A DNA stretch of 64,000 nt, taken from Candidatus Omnitrophota bacterium (GTDB lineage: Bacteria > Omnitrophota > Gorgyraeia > Zapsychrales > JANLHA01). Of this stretch, positions 56,116-64,000 are shown piece after piece. The first letter of the stretch is position 1. Every line of letters starts with the position of its first letter. Made by a program: the position numbers and the translations under genes. Below the pieces are notes generated by a model. It saw only the letters and a program-made list of their open reading frames with translations. It was not told the origin of the DNA and ran no database searches. The stretch is from the NCBI GenBank assembly GCA_040753435.1, contig JBFMEN010000062.1:6726-70725 (forward strand). Direction: 5' to 3'.

Positions 56116-56984
56116 TGAAAATGACAAAGATGATTAAAGTAAACGACGTGGTGTTTGGGGGAAATCATCCTTTTGTGCTGATTGCCGGCCCTTGTGTGAT
56201 CGAGGGGAAAAAGATTGTTTTTGAGATAGCTGAATATCTCAAGGATGTGACGACACGGCTCAAAATCCCGTTTGTTTTTAAGGCGAGTTTTGACAAGGCC
56301 AACCGGACATCATTAAAATCCTTTCGCGGCCCCGGGCTGGACAAGGGATTGGATATTCTGGCCGCGGTCAAAAAAACATTTGATGTGCCCATCCTGACGG
56401 ATATTCATCTGCCGGAGCAGGCCCAACCCGCCGCAGGTATCGCCGATATTTTGCAGATTCCAGCGTTTCTGTGCCGTCAGACAGACCTGTTAACAGCGGT
56501 GGCTAAAACAAAGAAGGTCGTGAACATTAAAAAAGGGCAATTCATGGCCCCCTGGGATATGAAGGAGGCGGTCGCGAAGGTCGCTGACAGCGGGAACAAA
56601 AATATTTTACTGACCGACCGCGGGGTTTCTTTTGGTTATAACACACTCGTTTCGGATCTGCGCGGTCTTGCCATTATGCGCGAGACTGGATATCCGGTTA
56701 TTTTTGACGCGACCCACAGTGTTCAACAGCCAGGCGGACAGGGGGCGACTTCGGGAGGGCAAAAAGAATTTGTGCCTTTGCTGTCGCGGGCGGCCGTTGC
56801 GGCGGGATGTGACGGGCTTTTTATGGAGGTTCATCCTGACCCGGATAAGGCGAAATCCGACGGCCCGAATATGCTGGCCCTGGACTCGCTGGAAGATCTT
56901 TTGATCGATGTAATTGCGATTGATACAATCGTGAAACGAAGAGCACATGTGCTCCAGAGTTCATGTGCACATGAAAAACCTTGA
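56115..56984 (+). CDS. kdsA: Kdo-8-phosphate synthase
   Basis: [43 protein letters not shown]. Confidence 0.97.
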   Translation: MKMTKMIKVNDVVFGGNHPFVLIAGPCVIEGKKIVFEIAEYLKDVTTRLKIPFVFKASFDKANRTSLKSFRGPGLDKGLDILAAVKKTFDVPILTDIHLPEQAQPAAGIADILQIPAFLCRQTDLLTAVAKTKKVVNIKKGQFMAPWDMKEAVAKVADSGNKNILLTDRGVSFGYNTLVSDLRGLAIMRETGYPVIFDATHSVQQPGGQGATSGGQKEFVPLLSRAAVAAGCDGLFMEVHPDPDKAKSDGPNMLALDSLEDLLIDVIAIDTIVKRRAHVLQSSCAHEKP

Positions 56985-57021
56985 GTCACTTGCGCGCCTG
57001 CGCTCCGGTGCTCTTGTGCCC
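56939..57021. repeat. 8-nt repeat inverted array overlapping the kdsA 3' end
   Basis: GAGCACAT/GTGCTCCA/GAGTTCAT/GTGCACAT left arm; ..GCGCTCC/GGTGCTCT/TGTGCCC right arm. Confidence 0.7.
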
Positions 57022-57038
57022 TTTCAAAAGGACAAATT

Positions 57039-57998
57039 ATGTCACTTGCTTACGCAAAAAAGCTGATCCTCACCGAAGCCGAGGCTGTGAAGACTTTGGT
57101 TAATAAACTCGACAAAAATTTTTTAAAGGCCCTGGATTTGATTGCCAAATCAAAAGGACGCCTGATCGTTGCCGGGATGGGCAAGACGGGGATTATCGGC
57201 CGGAAGATAGCGGCCACGCTGTCGTCGACGGGTACGCCCAGTATTTTTATGCACAGCGCCGAAGCCGTTCACGGAGATCTGGGGCAGGTAACCAGGGATG
57301 ATATCGTCATCATCATTTCGACCAGCGGTGAAACAGAAGAAACAACGCGGCTTGCCCCGTTGTTAAAAAAGATCGGGGCCACGACCATTGCCGTTACCGG
57401 TAACCCGAAATCGACGCTGGCGAAATCCTGTGATGTTATCCTTGATGTGGGAGTGGCACGCGAAGGCTGTCCGCTGGGTGTGGCTCCAATGGCTTCTACC
57501 ACAACGACATTAGTGCTGGGGGATGCCCTGGCTGCCTGTTTGATTATCCGAAAAAATTTTCGAAAAGAGGATTTTGCCTTTTATCATCCCGGAGGGTCTC
57601 TTGGCAGACAACTGTACCTCAAGGTTGAAGATATTATGAGGAAAGGCGGAAATTACCCGCTTGCCAGGGCAAACACCAGGATTAAAGACGTGCTGGTCGC
57701 CATTACAAAGGCCAGATGCGGCTCCGCCTGCGTAGTTGACGGGAAGGGGAAACTGATCGGGATTTTAACGGACGGCGATATCCGCCGGCATTTTGAGCAT
57801 GAGGATATCTTTCTGACACAGAAGGTCAGTGAGGTCATGACCAAGGGACCGGCAACCATTAATCAATCCGAGCTTGCGGTTGAAGCGTTTCATCTGTTGA
57901 AAGAACGGAAGATTGATGAGCTGCCGGTCATTGATGATCATGGAAAATCAGTCGGGCTTCTTGATATTCAGGATCTTTTGAGGGCGGGACTATTTTAA
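57039..57998 (+). CDS. kdsD: Arabinose-5-phosphate isomerase (KpsF/GutQ)
   Basis: GMGK.GIIG.KIAATL.STGTP, EA.HGDLG, FA.YHPGGSLG, two CBS domains. Confidence 0.95.
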   Translation: MSLAYAKKLILTEAEAVKTLVNKLDKNFLKALDLIAKSKGRLIVAGMGKTGIIGRKIAATLSSTGTPSIFMHSAEAVHGDLGQVTRDDIVIIISTSGETEETTRLAPLLKKIGATTIAVTGNPKSTLAKSCDVILDVGVAREGCPLGVAPMASTTTTLVLGDALAACLIIRKNFRKEDFAFYHPGGSLGRQLYLKVEDIMRKGGNYPLARANTRIKDVLVAITKARCGSACVVDGKGKLIGILTDGDIRRHFEHEDIFLTQKVSEVMTKGPATINQSELAVEAFHLLKERKIDELPVIDDHGKSVGLLDIQDLLRAGLF

Positions 57999-58015
57999 TC
58001 AGGAGGGATCAGGAC

Positions 58016-58516
58016 ATGAATGATCTGCTGAAAAAAATCAAGGTTCTGATTATGGATGTGGACGGGGTGCTGACAGACGGTAAAATCGTTCTTGATTCGA
58101 ACGGGAACGAATTAAAATTTTTTTGTGTTAAAGACGGATTCGGGTTGACGCGGTGGCGCAGTCACGGGAAGCACACGGCCATTATTTCCGCACGTTTTTC
58201 AAAATCCGTCGAACTGAGGGCTGAAATGCTCGGAATCGATCTGGTGTTTCAGAGCGCCGACCGGAAAGAAGACTATTATCAAAAAGTTCTTCAGACCTTT
58301 GGAGTAAGCGACGGACAGGTTTGTTATATCGGCGACGATCTGAAAGATATCCCGGTGATGCGTCGGGCCGGTTTGGGGGTTGCTGTCGCCAATGCATCCG
58401 CCGAAACAAAGGCGGCGGCGAATTATGTTACTGCGGCGAACGGCGGAAACGGGGCCGTTCGAGAAGTCATTGAGATGATTTTAAAAGCGCAAAATTTATG
58501 GAAGCTTGAGCCATGA
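58016..58516 (+). CDS. kdsC: Kdo-8-phosphate phosphatase
   Basis: DVDGVLTDG, KDG.G, YIGDD..D, GG.GAVRE. Confidence 0.95.
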   Translation: MNDLLKKIKVLIMDVDGVLTDGKIVLDSNGNELKFFCVKDGFGLTRWRSHGKHTAIISARFSKSVELRAEMLGIDLVFQSADRKEDYYQKVLQTFGVSDGQVCYIGDDLKDIPVMRRAGLGVAVANASAETKAAANYVTAANGGNGAVREVIEMILKAQNLWKLEP

Positions 58517-59382
58517 GCAGTCTGAGAGATAAAAAGTTCCTGCCAATACCGTCAAATTTATCTGTTCTGACGCTGGCGTCAGCGCTGATATTAGCGCTGT
58601 TGTTGACGCCGGGACTTCTTGCGCAGGAGGTTGTGACGCAGCAGGTGGATGGTTTTACCCTGGAGGGATTTGATGAGAACGGGCAGCGATCCTGGGAAGT
58701 TAATGGGCAGACGGCCGACATCTTCGGGGATACGATCAAGATTTTAAATGTCGACGCGAATACTTATGGGGAACAGGAAGTCAACCTGAAAGCCGACACC
58801 GGGGAAGTCGACAAGAAAAGCGGCAATGTTCATTTGCAGGACAACGTGGTGATCACGACCAGGGAGGGAAGTCAGCTTAAGACAGATTCCCTTGACTGGG
58901 AAAAAGAGAAAAATCTGGTTGTCACTGAGGATTCGGCGGAGATTACGGATAAAGCGATCAAGGCAACCGGGGTGGGTTTAACAGCCCATCCTGAACTTAA
59001 GACGGCCCAGCTCGAAAAAAATATCGTTGTTGAAGTTGAGGCCGAAAAAGCCGATTCCGAGAATCAAAAAGAACAAATCGTGATTACATGTGACGGGCCT
59101 ATGGAGCTTGATCAGAGGAACAATCTGGCGATCCTCAAGGAGAACGTTGTCGCCATCAGAGGGGACGAGACTCTTAAGGCGGATTTGGTTGAAGTGTTTT
59201 TTGACCCGGTTACGCGCCGCATTGTTTCGATTATCTGTACGGATAATGTATCGGTTCAGCGCGGGGATAATATTTCTTATGCTGATAAGGCGGTTTATAA
59301 TGCTGCTGACCAAAAAGTTATTTTTATCGGTCGTCCCAAGCTGATCATGACATCAGAAGAGAAGAATAAGTCTTTTTTTTAG
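58513..59382 (+). CDS. lptC: LptC fused to an LptA/OstA-like domain
   Basis: N-terminal hydrophobic helix, WE..G..A, L.TDSL.W (LptC); C-terminal beta-jellyroll ADKA.Y....KVIF.G.PK (LptA-like); kdsC-lptC-lptB synteny. Confidence 0.75.
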   Translation: MSSLRDKKFLPIPSNLSVLTLASALILALLLTPGLLAQEVVTQQVDGFTLEGFDENGQRSWEVNGQTADIFGDTIKILNVDANTYGEQEVNLKADTGEVDKKSGNVHLQDNVVITTREGSQLKTDSLDWEKEKNLVVTEDSAEITDKAIKATGVGLTAHPELKTAQLEKNIVVEVEAEKADSENQKEQIVITCDGPMELDQRNNLAILKENVVAIRGDETLKADLVEVFFDPVTRRIVSIICTDNVSVQRGDNISYADKAVYNAADQKVIFIGRPKLIMTSEEKNKSFF

Positions 59383-59465
59383 AATTTTAGCTAAATAATC
59401 TTTAATTTTATGGAAACAGTATTATAATAACCTTTTCTTAGACAGCCCTGGAGTGATTTCACGTT

Positions 59466-60194
59466 ATGTCCGTTCACCTTTTAGAAACACATGAATTGGG
59501 AAAAACTTACGGCGGCCGTAAAGTCGTTGACGGCCTCAGTATTTCGGTTGGCCGCTCTGAAATCGTTGGAATTCTCGGCCCTAACGGAGCCGGGAAGACG
59601 ACATCTTTCTATATGATCGTTGGCATTATTTCGTGCGATACCGGGAATATTTATTTTGATCAGGTCGATATAACCCGCTTACCGATTCACGAACGATGCC
59701 GTTTGGGAGTCGGATATCTGGCGCAGGAACCCTCTATTTTCCGGAAACTGACGGTTGAAGAAAATATCATGGCGGTGCTTGAGACGCTCAGGATAAGCCC
59801 CCGGGAACGGCGCCGCAGATTAAATTCGTTGCTTGAAGAATTAAATATTGCCCATCTGGCCAAAAGTAAAGCTTATACTTTATCAGGCGGAGAGCGGCGC
59901 CGGCTTGAAATCACCAGGGCTCTGGTGAACAATCCTTCGTTCTTGCTGCTGGACGAGCCGTTTTCAGGCATTGATCCGATTGTAGTTGCTGAGGCGCAGG
60001 AAATCATCCGCGATTTGAAAAACAGGGGGTTGGGTATCTTGTTGACGGACCATAATGTCCGTGAGACATTGTCTATCACAGACAGGGCTTATTTAATCGT
60101 TGACGGAAAAATCCTGATTTCGGGAACGGCCGAAGACCTGATCAATAATCCGAAGGCTAAAGAAATTTATCTTGGCGAAAAGTTCAGGATGTGA
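59466..60194 (+). CDS. lptB: LPS export ABC ATPase
   Basis: GPNGAGKTT, YLAQE.SIFRKL, LSGGERRR.EI, LDEPF.G.DP, TDHNVRET, YLGE.F. Confidence 0.97.
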   Translation: MSVHLLETHELGKTYGGRKVVDGLSISVGRSEIVGILGPNGAGKTTSFYMIVGIISCDTGNIYFDQVDITRLPIHERCRLGVGYLAQEPSIFRKLTVEENIMAVLETLRISPRERRRRLNSLLEELNIAHLAKSKAYTLSGGERRRLEITRALVNNPSFLLLDEPFSGIDPIVVAEAQEIIRDLKNRGLGILLTDHNVRETLSITDRAYLIVDGKILISGTAEDLINNPKAKEIYLGEKFRM

Positions 60195-60246
60195 TCAATC
60201 AAAAGCTAAATCAACCTAAAATTTTACAACAAGAGGAATGAAACAA

Positions 60247-61149
60247 ATGAAGGTTGCAATAAAAAAACTGGATGCTTTAAAAAGGGAGTTGAATTTTGAA
60301 GTTTCAAAAGAACGTGTATCGAAGAAGATAGAAGAAGTTTTCAAGGATATAACCCGTGAAGCCAAAGTGAAAGGTTTCAGACCGGGTAAGGCGCCGCGGC
60401 ATGTGATTGAATCTGAGTATGGCGGCCTGGCTAAGGAAGAAGCGATCAAGAAGATTATCCCTGAGGTTTATCAGGAAGCCCTGGAAAAAGAATCAATCTC
60501 TCCCCTTGATTATCCTGAAATCGGTGCAGTGGAGTTTAAGGACGGAATCCTGAAGTTTACGGCGGGGATCGAGGTCAAACCGGAGGTTAAGGTTACCAAT
60601 TACAAAGGGATTGCCGTCACCAGGAAAAGTTCAGCTGTTACTGATGAAGAACTTGCCAAAACCTTGGAATATTTTCAGAAGGGTCAGAGCAAGGAAGGGG
60701 AAAAGACTGAGATTAATGATGATTTTGTTAAGGGGCTGGGGTATCCCAATCTGGATACGTTTAAAGATTCTCTTAAGCGGCAAATGGAGATCGACAAGGA
60801 CCGCCAGAACCGTATGGATGTGGAGCGGCAGATTACCGATGTATTGGTGAAAAATGCGAAACTGACGGTTCCTCAATCGCTGGTTCAGAAGCAGCAGGAG
60901 TACCGTTTAAGCGATTTGAAGCGGCGTTTGAAATCCCAGGGGCTGCCTGATGAGGAGATTGAGAAGCGCGCGAATGAAATGACGAAAGATATGAAGGAAC
61001 TGGTAGAGCGGGACGTTAAATTGTTTTTGATTTTTGACAAGATCGCGGAAGATGAAAAAATTCAGGTCAAACAGGGAGAGAATGTGCCGGCAAAGGTGAT
61101 GGAGTTTCTTATGAAAGAGGCTCAATGGCAAGACGAAAAGATAAAATAA
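60247..61149 (+). CDS. tig: Trigger factor (short form apparently lacking the FKBP PPIase domain)
   Basis: GFRPGKAP ribosome-binding signature; ~300 aa; upstream of clpP. Confidence 0.9.
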   Translation: MKVAIKKLDALKRELNFEVSKERVSKKIEEVFKDITREAKVKGFRPGKAPRHVIESEYGGLAKEEAIKKIIPEVYQEALEKESISPLDYPEIGAVEFKDGILKFTAGIEVKPEVKVTNYKGIAVTRKSSAVTDEELAKTLEYFQKGQSKEGEKTEINDDFVKGLGYPNLDTFKDSLKRQMEIDKDRQNRMDVERQITDVLVKNAKLTVPQSLVQKQQEYRLSDLKRRLKSQGLPDEEIEKRANEMTKDMKELVERDVKLFLIFDKIAEDEKIQVKQGENVPAKVMEFLMKEAQWQDEKIK

Positions 61150-61171
61150 TTGTCAATGAAGGAGGGAGAGC

Positions 61172-61771
61172 ATGGATGCGTTTTCGCAATTAATTCCGAT
61201 GGTGGTTGAAAAATCAACGCATGGCGAACGGGCGTATGATATTTATTCAAGATTGTTAAAAGAACGGATAGTCTTTATTGGAACGGCTATCGATGATAAC
61301 GTGGCAAACGTTATCATCGCTCAACTGCTTTTCCTGCAGAGTGAAGACGCCCACAAGGACATTCATATTTATATCAATTCTCCGGGGGGGGCTGTGACTG
61401 CGGGGCTGGCCATTTATGACACGATGCAATTTATTAAGCCCGATGTCTCCACGTATTGTATAGGGCAGGCAGCCAGTATGGGGGCTGTTTTGCTTGCGGC
61501 TGGGACAAAGGGAAAACGTTTTTCTTTGCCTTACTCAAGGATCATGATTCATCAGCCCTGGGGGGGAACGCAGGGAACGGCCAGTGATATTTCGATTCAG
61601 GCCAAAGAAATTCTGAGAATGAAGGAAGAGCTTGCAAAAATCCTTGCTTCCCACACCGGGCAAACCGTGGGAAAGGTTGTTGAAGACTCGGATCGTGATT
61701 TTTTCATGTCGGCCCAGGAGGCCAAAGAATACGGACTGGTCGATCAGGTTATTGTCTCGGCGAAAAAATAG
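61172..61771 (+). CDS. clpP: ATP-dependent Clp protease proteolytic subunit
   Basis: [36 protein letters not shown]. Confidence 0.98.
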   Translation: MDAFSQLIPMVVEKSTHGERAYDIYSRLLKERIVFIGTAIDDNVANVIIAQLLFLQSEDAHKDIHIYINSPGGAVTAGLAIYDTMQFIKPDVSTYCIGQAASMGAVLLAAGTKGKRFSLPYSRIMIHQPWGGTQGTASDISIQAKEILRMKEELAKILASHTGQTVGKVVEDSDRDFFMSAQEAKEYGLVDQVIVSAKK

Positions 61772-61828
61772 ATAAAAATTTTTTAAGTGATTTCAGATCA
61801 TTTATACCGAAAGGAAGGGGAGCAGGTT

Positions 61829-62968
61829 ATGAAACGAAATCTTTTGTTAACACCGGGCCCAACCCAGGTTCCACCAAATCTATGTGAGGTATTGGGAAGA
61901 CCGATTATTCATCATCGAACGCCCCAGTTTCAGTCTTATTTAAAGGAAGCGATCGAGGGCCTGCAGTTTGTCCTGCAGACGAAAAATGATGTTTATTTGA
62001 TGGCATCTTCAGGGACGGGAGCGATGGAAGCAAGCATGTGCAGCATGATTTCCGAGGGAGACAAAGTCATTACCGTTGAATCGGGGAAATTTGGGGAACG
62101 CTGGACAGAGTTAGCAAAGGCCTTTCGCGCCCAGCCGATTGTTATGCAGATCAAATGGGGGACAGCCGTCAAGGCTGCCGAGATTGAAGTGAAGTTAAAA
62201 GAAGATCCTTCGATCAAGGCTGTTTTTATCACATTATGTGAAACCTCGACCGGTGTTTCTCCTGATGTCAAAGCGATTGCTGATGTCGTCAGAAAAACCA
62301 ATGCCATCCTGGTGATTGATGCCGTTAGCGGTCTTGGGATCATGGATTTGAAAATGGACGAGTGGGGAATCGATGTGGTTGCCTCCGCTTCGCATAAAGG
62401 GTTTATGCTTCCTCCCGGGCTGGCCTTCGTTGCAGTTAGCCCGAAAGCCAAGGCCATGATGGAGAAATCAACCGCTCCCAAGTATTATTTCGATTTGCGC
62501 AAATATGCCAAAATGTATGATAAGGTGGATACTCCGTTCACTCCTGCCATCGGTATCGTGATTGCCCTTACTGAAAGCTTGAAAATGTTTAAGGAAAAGG
62601 GGCTGGAGGCGGCTTTTGCTTCCTATGCCAGGTTAGCAAAAGGCGTGACGGCAGCGGTGGAGGGGTTGGGACTTGAAGTTTATCCTGTCCCTGAAGCAAG
62701 ATCCAATGTGTTAACCGCCGTCAGGATTCCGGAAGGAATTGACAGCGGAAAAGTTGTAAAGTTGATGAGAGACACTTACGGCATTTCCGTGGCCGGAGGC
62801 CAGGGTGATCTTAAGGGCAAGGTTATCCGTATAGCTCATATGGGTTGTCTTGATGAGTATGACATTATTACCGGTATCTCGTGTCTTGAAAAAGTTCTCA
62901 AACAGTTGGGATACAAGTTTGAATTGGGCGCAGGGGTTGCGGCTGCCCAGCGGTATTTCAATAGTTAA
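61829..62968 (+). CDS. Class V aminotransferase (alanine-glyoxylate/serine-pyruvate family; probable SerC substitute)
   Basis: LLTPGPT, HHR, SSGTGAME, ETSTG, DAVS, SHKG.M.PPG, RIAHMG; adjacent to serA. Confidence 0.9.
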   Translation: MKRNLLLTPGPTQVPPNLCEVLGRPIIHHRTPQFQSYLKEAIEGLQFVLQTKNDVYLMASSGTGAMEASMCSMISEGDKVITVESGKFGERWTELAKAFRAQPIVMQIKWGTAVKAAEIEVKLKEDPSIKAVFITLCETSTGVSPDVKAIADVVRKTNAILVIDAVSGLGIMDLKMDEWGIDVVASASHKGFMLPPGLAFVAVSPKAKAMMEKSTAPKYYFDLRKYAKMYDKVDTPFTPAIGIVIALTESLKMFKEKGLEAAFASYARLAKGVTAAVEGLGLEVYPVPEARSNVLTAVRIPEGIDSGKVVKLMRDTYGISVAGGQGDLKGKVIRIAHMGCLDEYDIITGISCLEKVLKQLGYKFELGAGVAAAQRYFNS

Positions 62969-62986
62969 TAAGGGAAAGGGTTTGTT

Positions 62987-64000
62987 ATGAAAATTCTTAT
63001 TACTGATAAATTAGAAAAAGAAGGCATTGATATCTTTAAAGCCGTCAAGGATTTTCAAGTTGACTGCAAGTATGATTTGACTCCGGAGCAGTTGAAAGAG
63101 GAGATTAAGGGTTACGATGCCCTGATCATTCGAAGCGGGACAAAGGTGACGGCTGAGATCATAGAAGCCACTGATAAACTAAAGTATATAGGACGGGCCG
63201 GGGTGGGGTTGGATAACGTAGATTTAAAAGCGGCCACGAAGAAGGGAATTGTGGCCATGAATACGCCGGCCGGTAATACCACGGCGACGGCCGAGCAGAC
63301 GATGAGTTTGATCCTTTCGCTGGCTCGCAAGATTCCGCAAGCCTACAATTCGGTGCGGGCTGGAAAGTGGGACCGTTCCAGTTTTAAAGGAGTCGAGCTT
63401 TATGGCAAGATTATCGGTATTGTTGGTCTGGGAAGAATCGGATCAACAGTCGCCCGCATGGCCAAAGGTTTCGGAATGAAAGTTATCGGGTATGATCCCT
63501 ATCTTTCGGCGGAAATCGGTGAGAAACGCGGAATCGAAATGGTGGGTTTGGAGGATTTGCTGAAGCAGTCGGATTTTATCACGCTCCATCTTCCGAAAAC
63601 ACCTGAAACTGTCGGTATCATTAATGAGAATGAGTTTGCCATGATGAAGCCGACTGCACGGGTGATTAACTGTGCCCGCGGTGGAATTATCGATGAAGAT
63701 GCATTGGTGAAGGCGCTTAAGGAAAAGCGAATCGCAGGAGCGGCGGTTGATGTTTACGCAAAAGAGCCGCCAGATCCAAAACATCCTCTTTTCGAATGTG
63801 ACAATTGCGTGACAACTCCCCATTTGGGCGCTTCAACTTCTGAAGCCCAAATCAATGTGGCCATTGAAATTGCGGAGACGGTGCGTAACGCCTTACTGGG
63901 AAAAGGCATCGCCAATGCGGGCAATTTCCCGTCGGTGTCAGCCGAAGCTTACGCGGTTCTTTCGCCCTATATCAGTTTAGGAGAGAAGATGGGGTTGTTT
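62987..64000 (+). CDS. serA: D-3-phosphoglycerate dehydrogenase (runs off window)
   Basis: Read from sequence: MKILITDKL...IIRSGTKV, GRAGVGLDNVD, GLGRIG, NCARGG, TPHLGAST.EAQ. Confidence 0.95.
   Translation, partial: MKILITDKLEKEGIDIFKAVKDFQVDCKYDLTPEQLKEEIKGYDALIIRSGTKVTAEIIEATDKLKYIGRAGVGLDNVDLKAATKKGIVAMNTPAGNTTATAEQTMSLILSLARKIPQAYNSVRAGKWDRSSFKGVELYGKIIGIVGLGRIGSTVARMAKGFGMKVIGYDPYLSAEIGEKRGIEMVGLEDLLKQSDFITLHLPKTPETVGIINENEFAMMKPTARVINCARGGIIDEDALVKALKEKRIAGAAVDVYAKEPPDPKHPLFECDNCVTTPHLGASTSEAQINVAIEIAETVRNALLGKGIANAGNFPSVSAEAYAVLSPYISLGEKMGLF

Noticed and set aside
1-64000. CRISPR array, rRNA or IS transposase
   Set aside because: No equal-length repeat-spacer series, cas, rRNA or transposase motifs seen; the short repeats are 7-8-nt periodic without unique spacers

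Overview
Bacterial chromosomal window from a diderm, LPS-producing organism. Gene content and the conserved-termini modular proteins suggest Candidatus Omnitrophota (OP3), but that is inference. Both ends are housekeeping: tsf-pyrH-frr, 3 tRNAs, a PTS/yvcK cluster, metK-ahcY; then ilvC-leuA, aroE-pilD-aroK-dprA-topA-xerC, a large Kdo/LPS-core/lpt operon, tig-clpP, a class V aminotransferase and serA. The accessory block (~9.7-32.8 kb) holds the most interesting signals. (1) Two paralogous exported proteins share a ~330-aa N-terminal domain and a ~55-aa C-terminal 'GGID.N...G(L).PVII.(I/V).PV..(L/I)..LL' motif but carry unrelated middles. One has HEAT repeats plus a caspase/legumain-like His-Cys protease. 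The other has small duplicated modules punctuated by a D-x-A-M motif. (2) A REP-flanked DUF1016-N/thermonuclease fusion lies between them. (3) Two tandem, unannotated Ile/Leu/Val leader-peptide attenuators precede a divergent ACT-like gene and ilvC-leuA. (4) A lipid-carrier glycosylation cluster includes a TMTC-like TPR protein. Across the window, about 15 intergenic inverted arrays of 7-8-nt repeats occur, one enclosing a four-helix-bundle pseudogene. All calls come from reading motifs by eye; no database searches were run.
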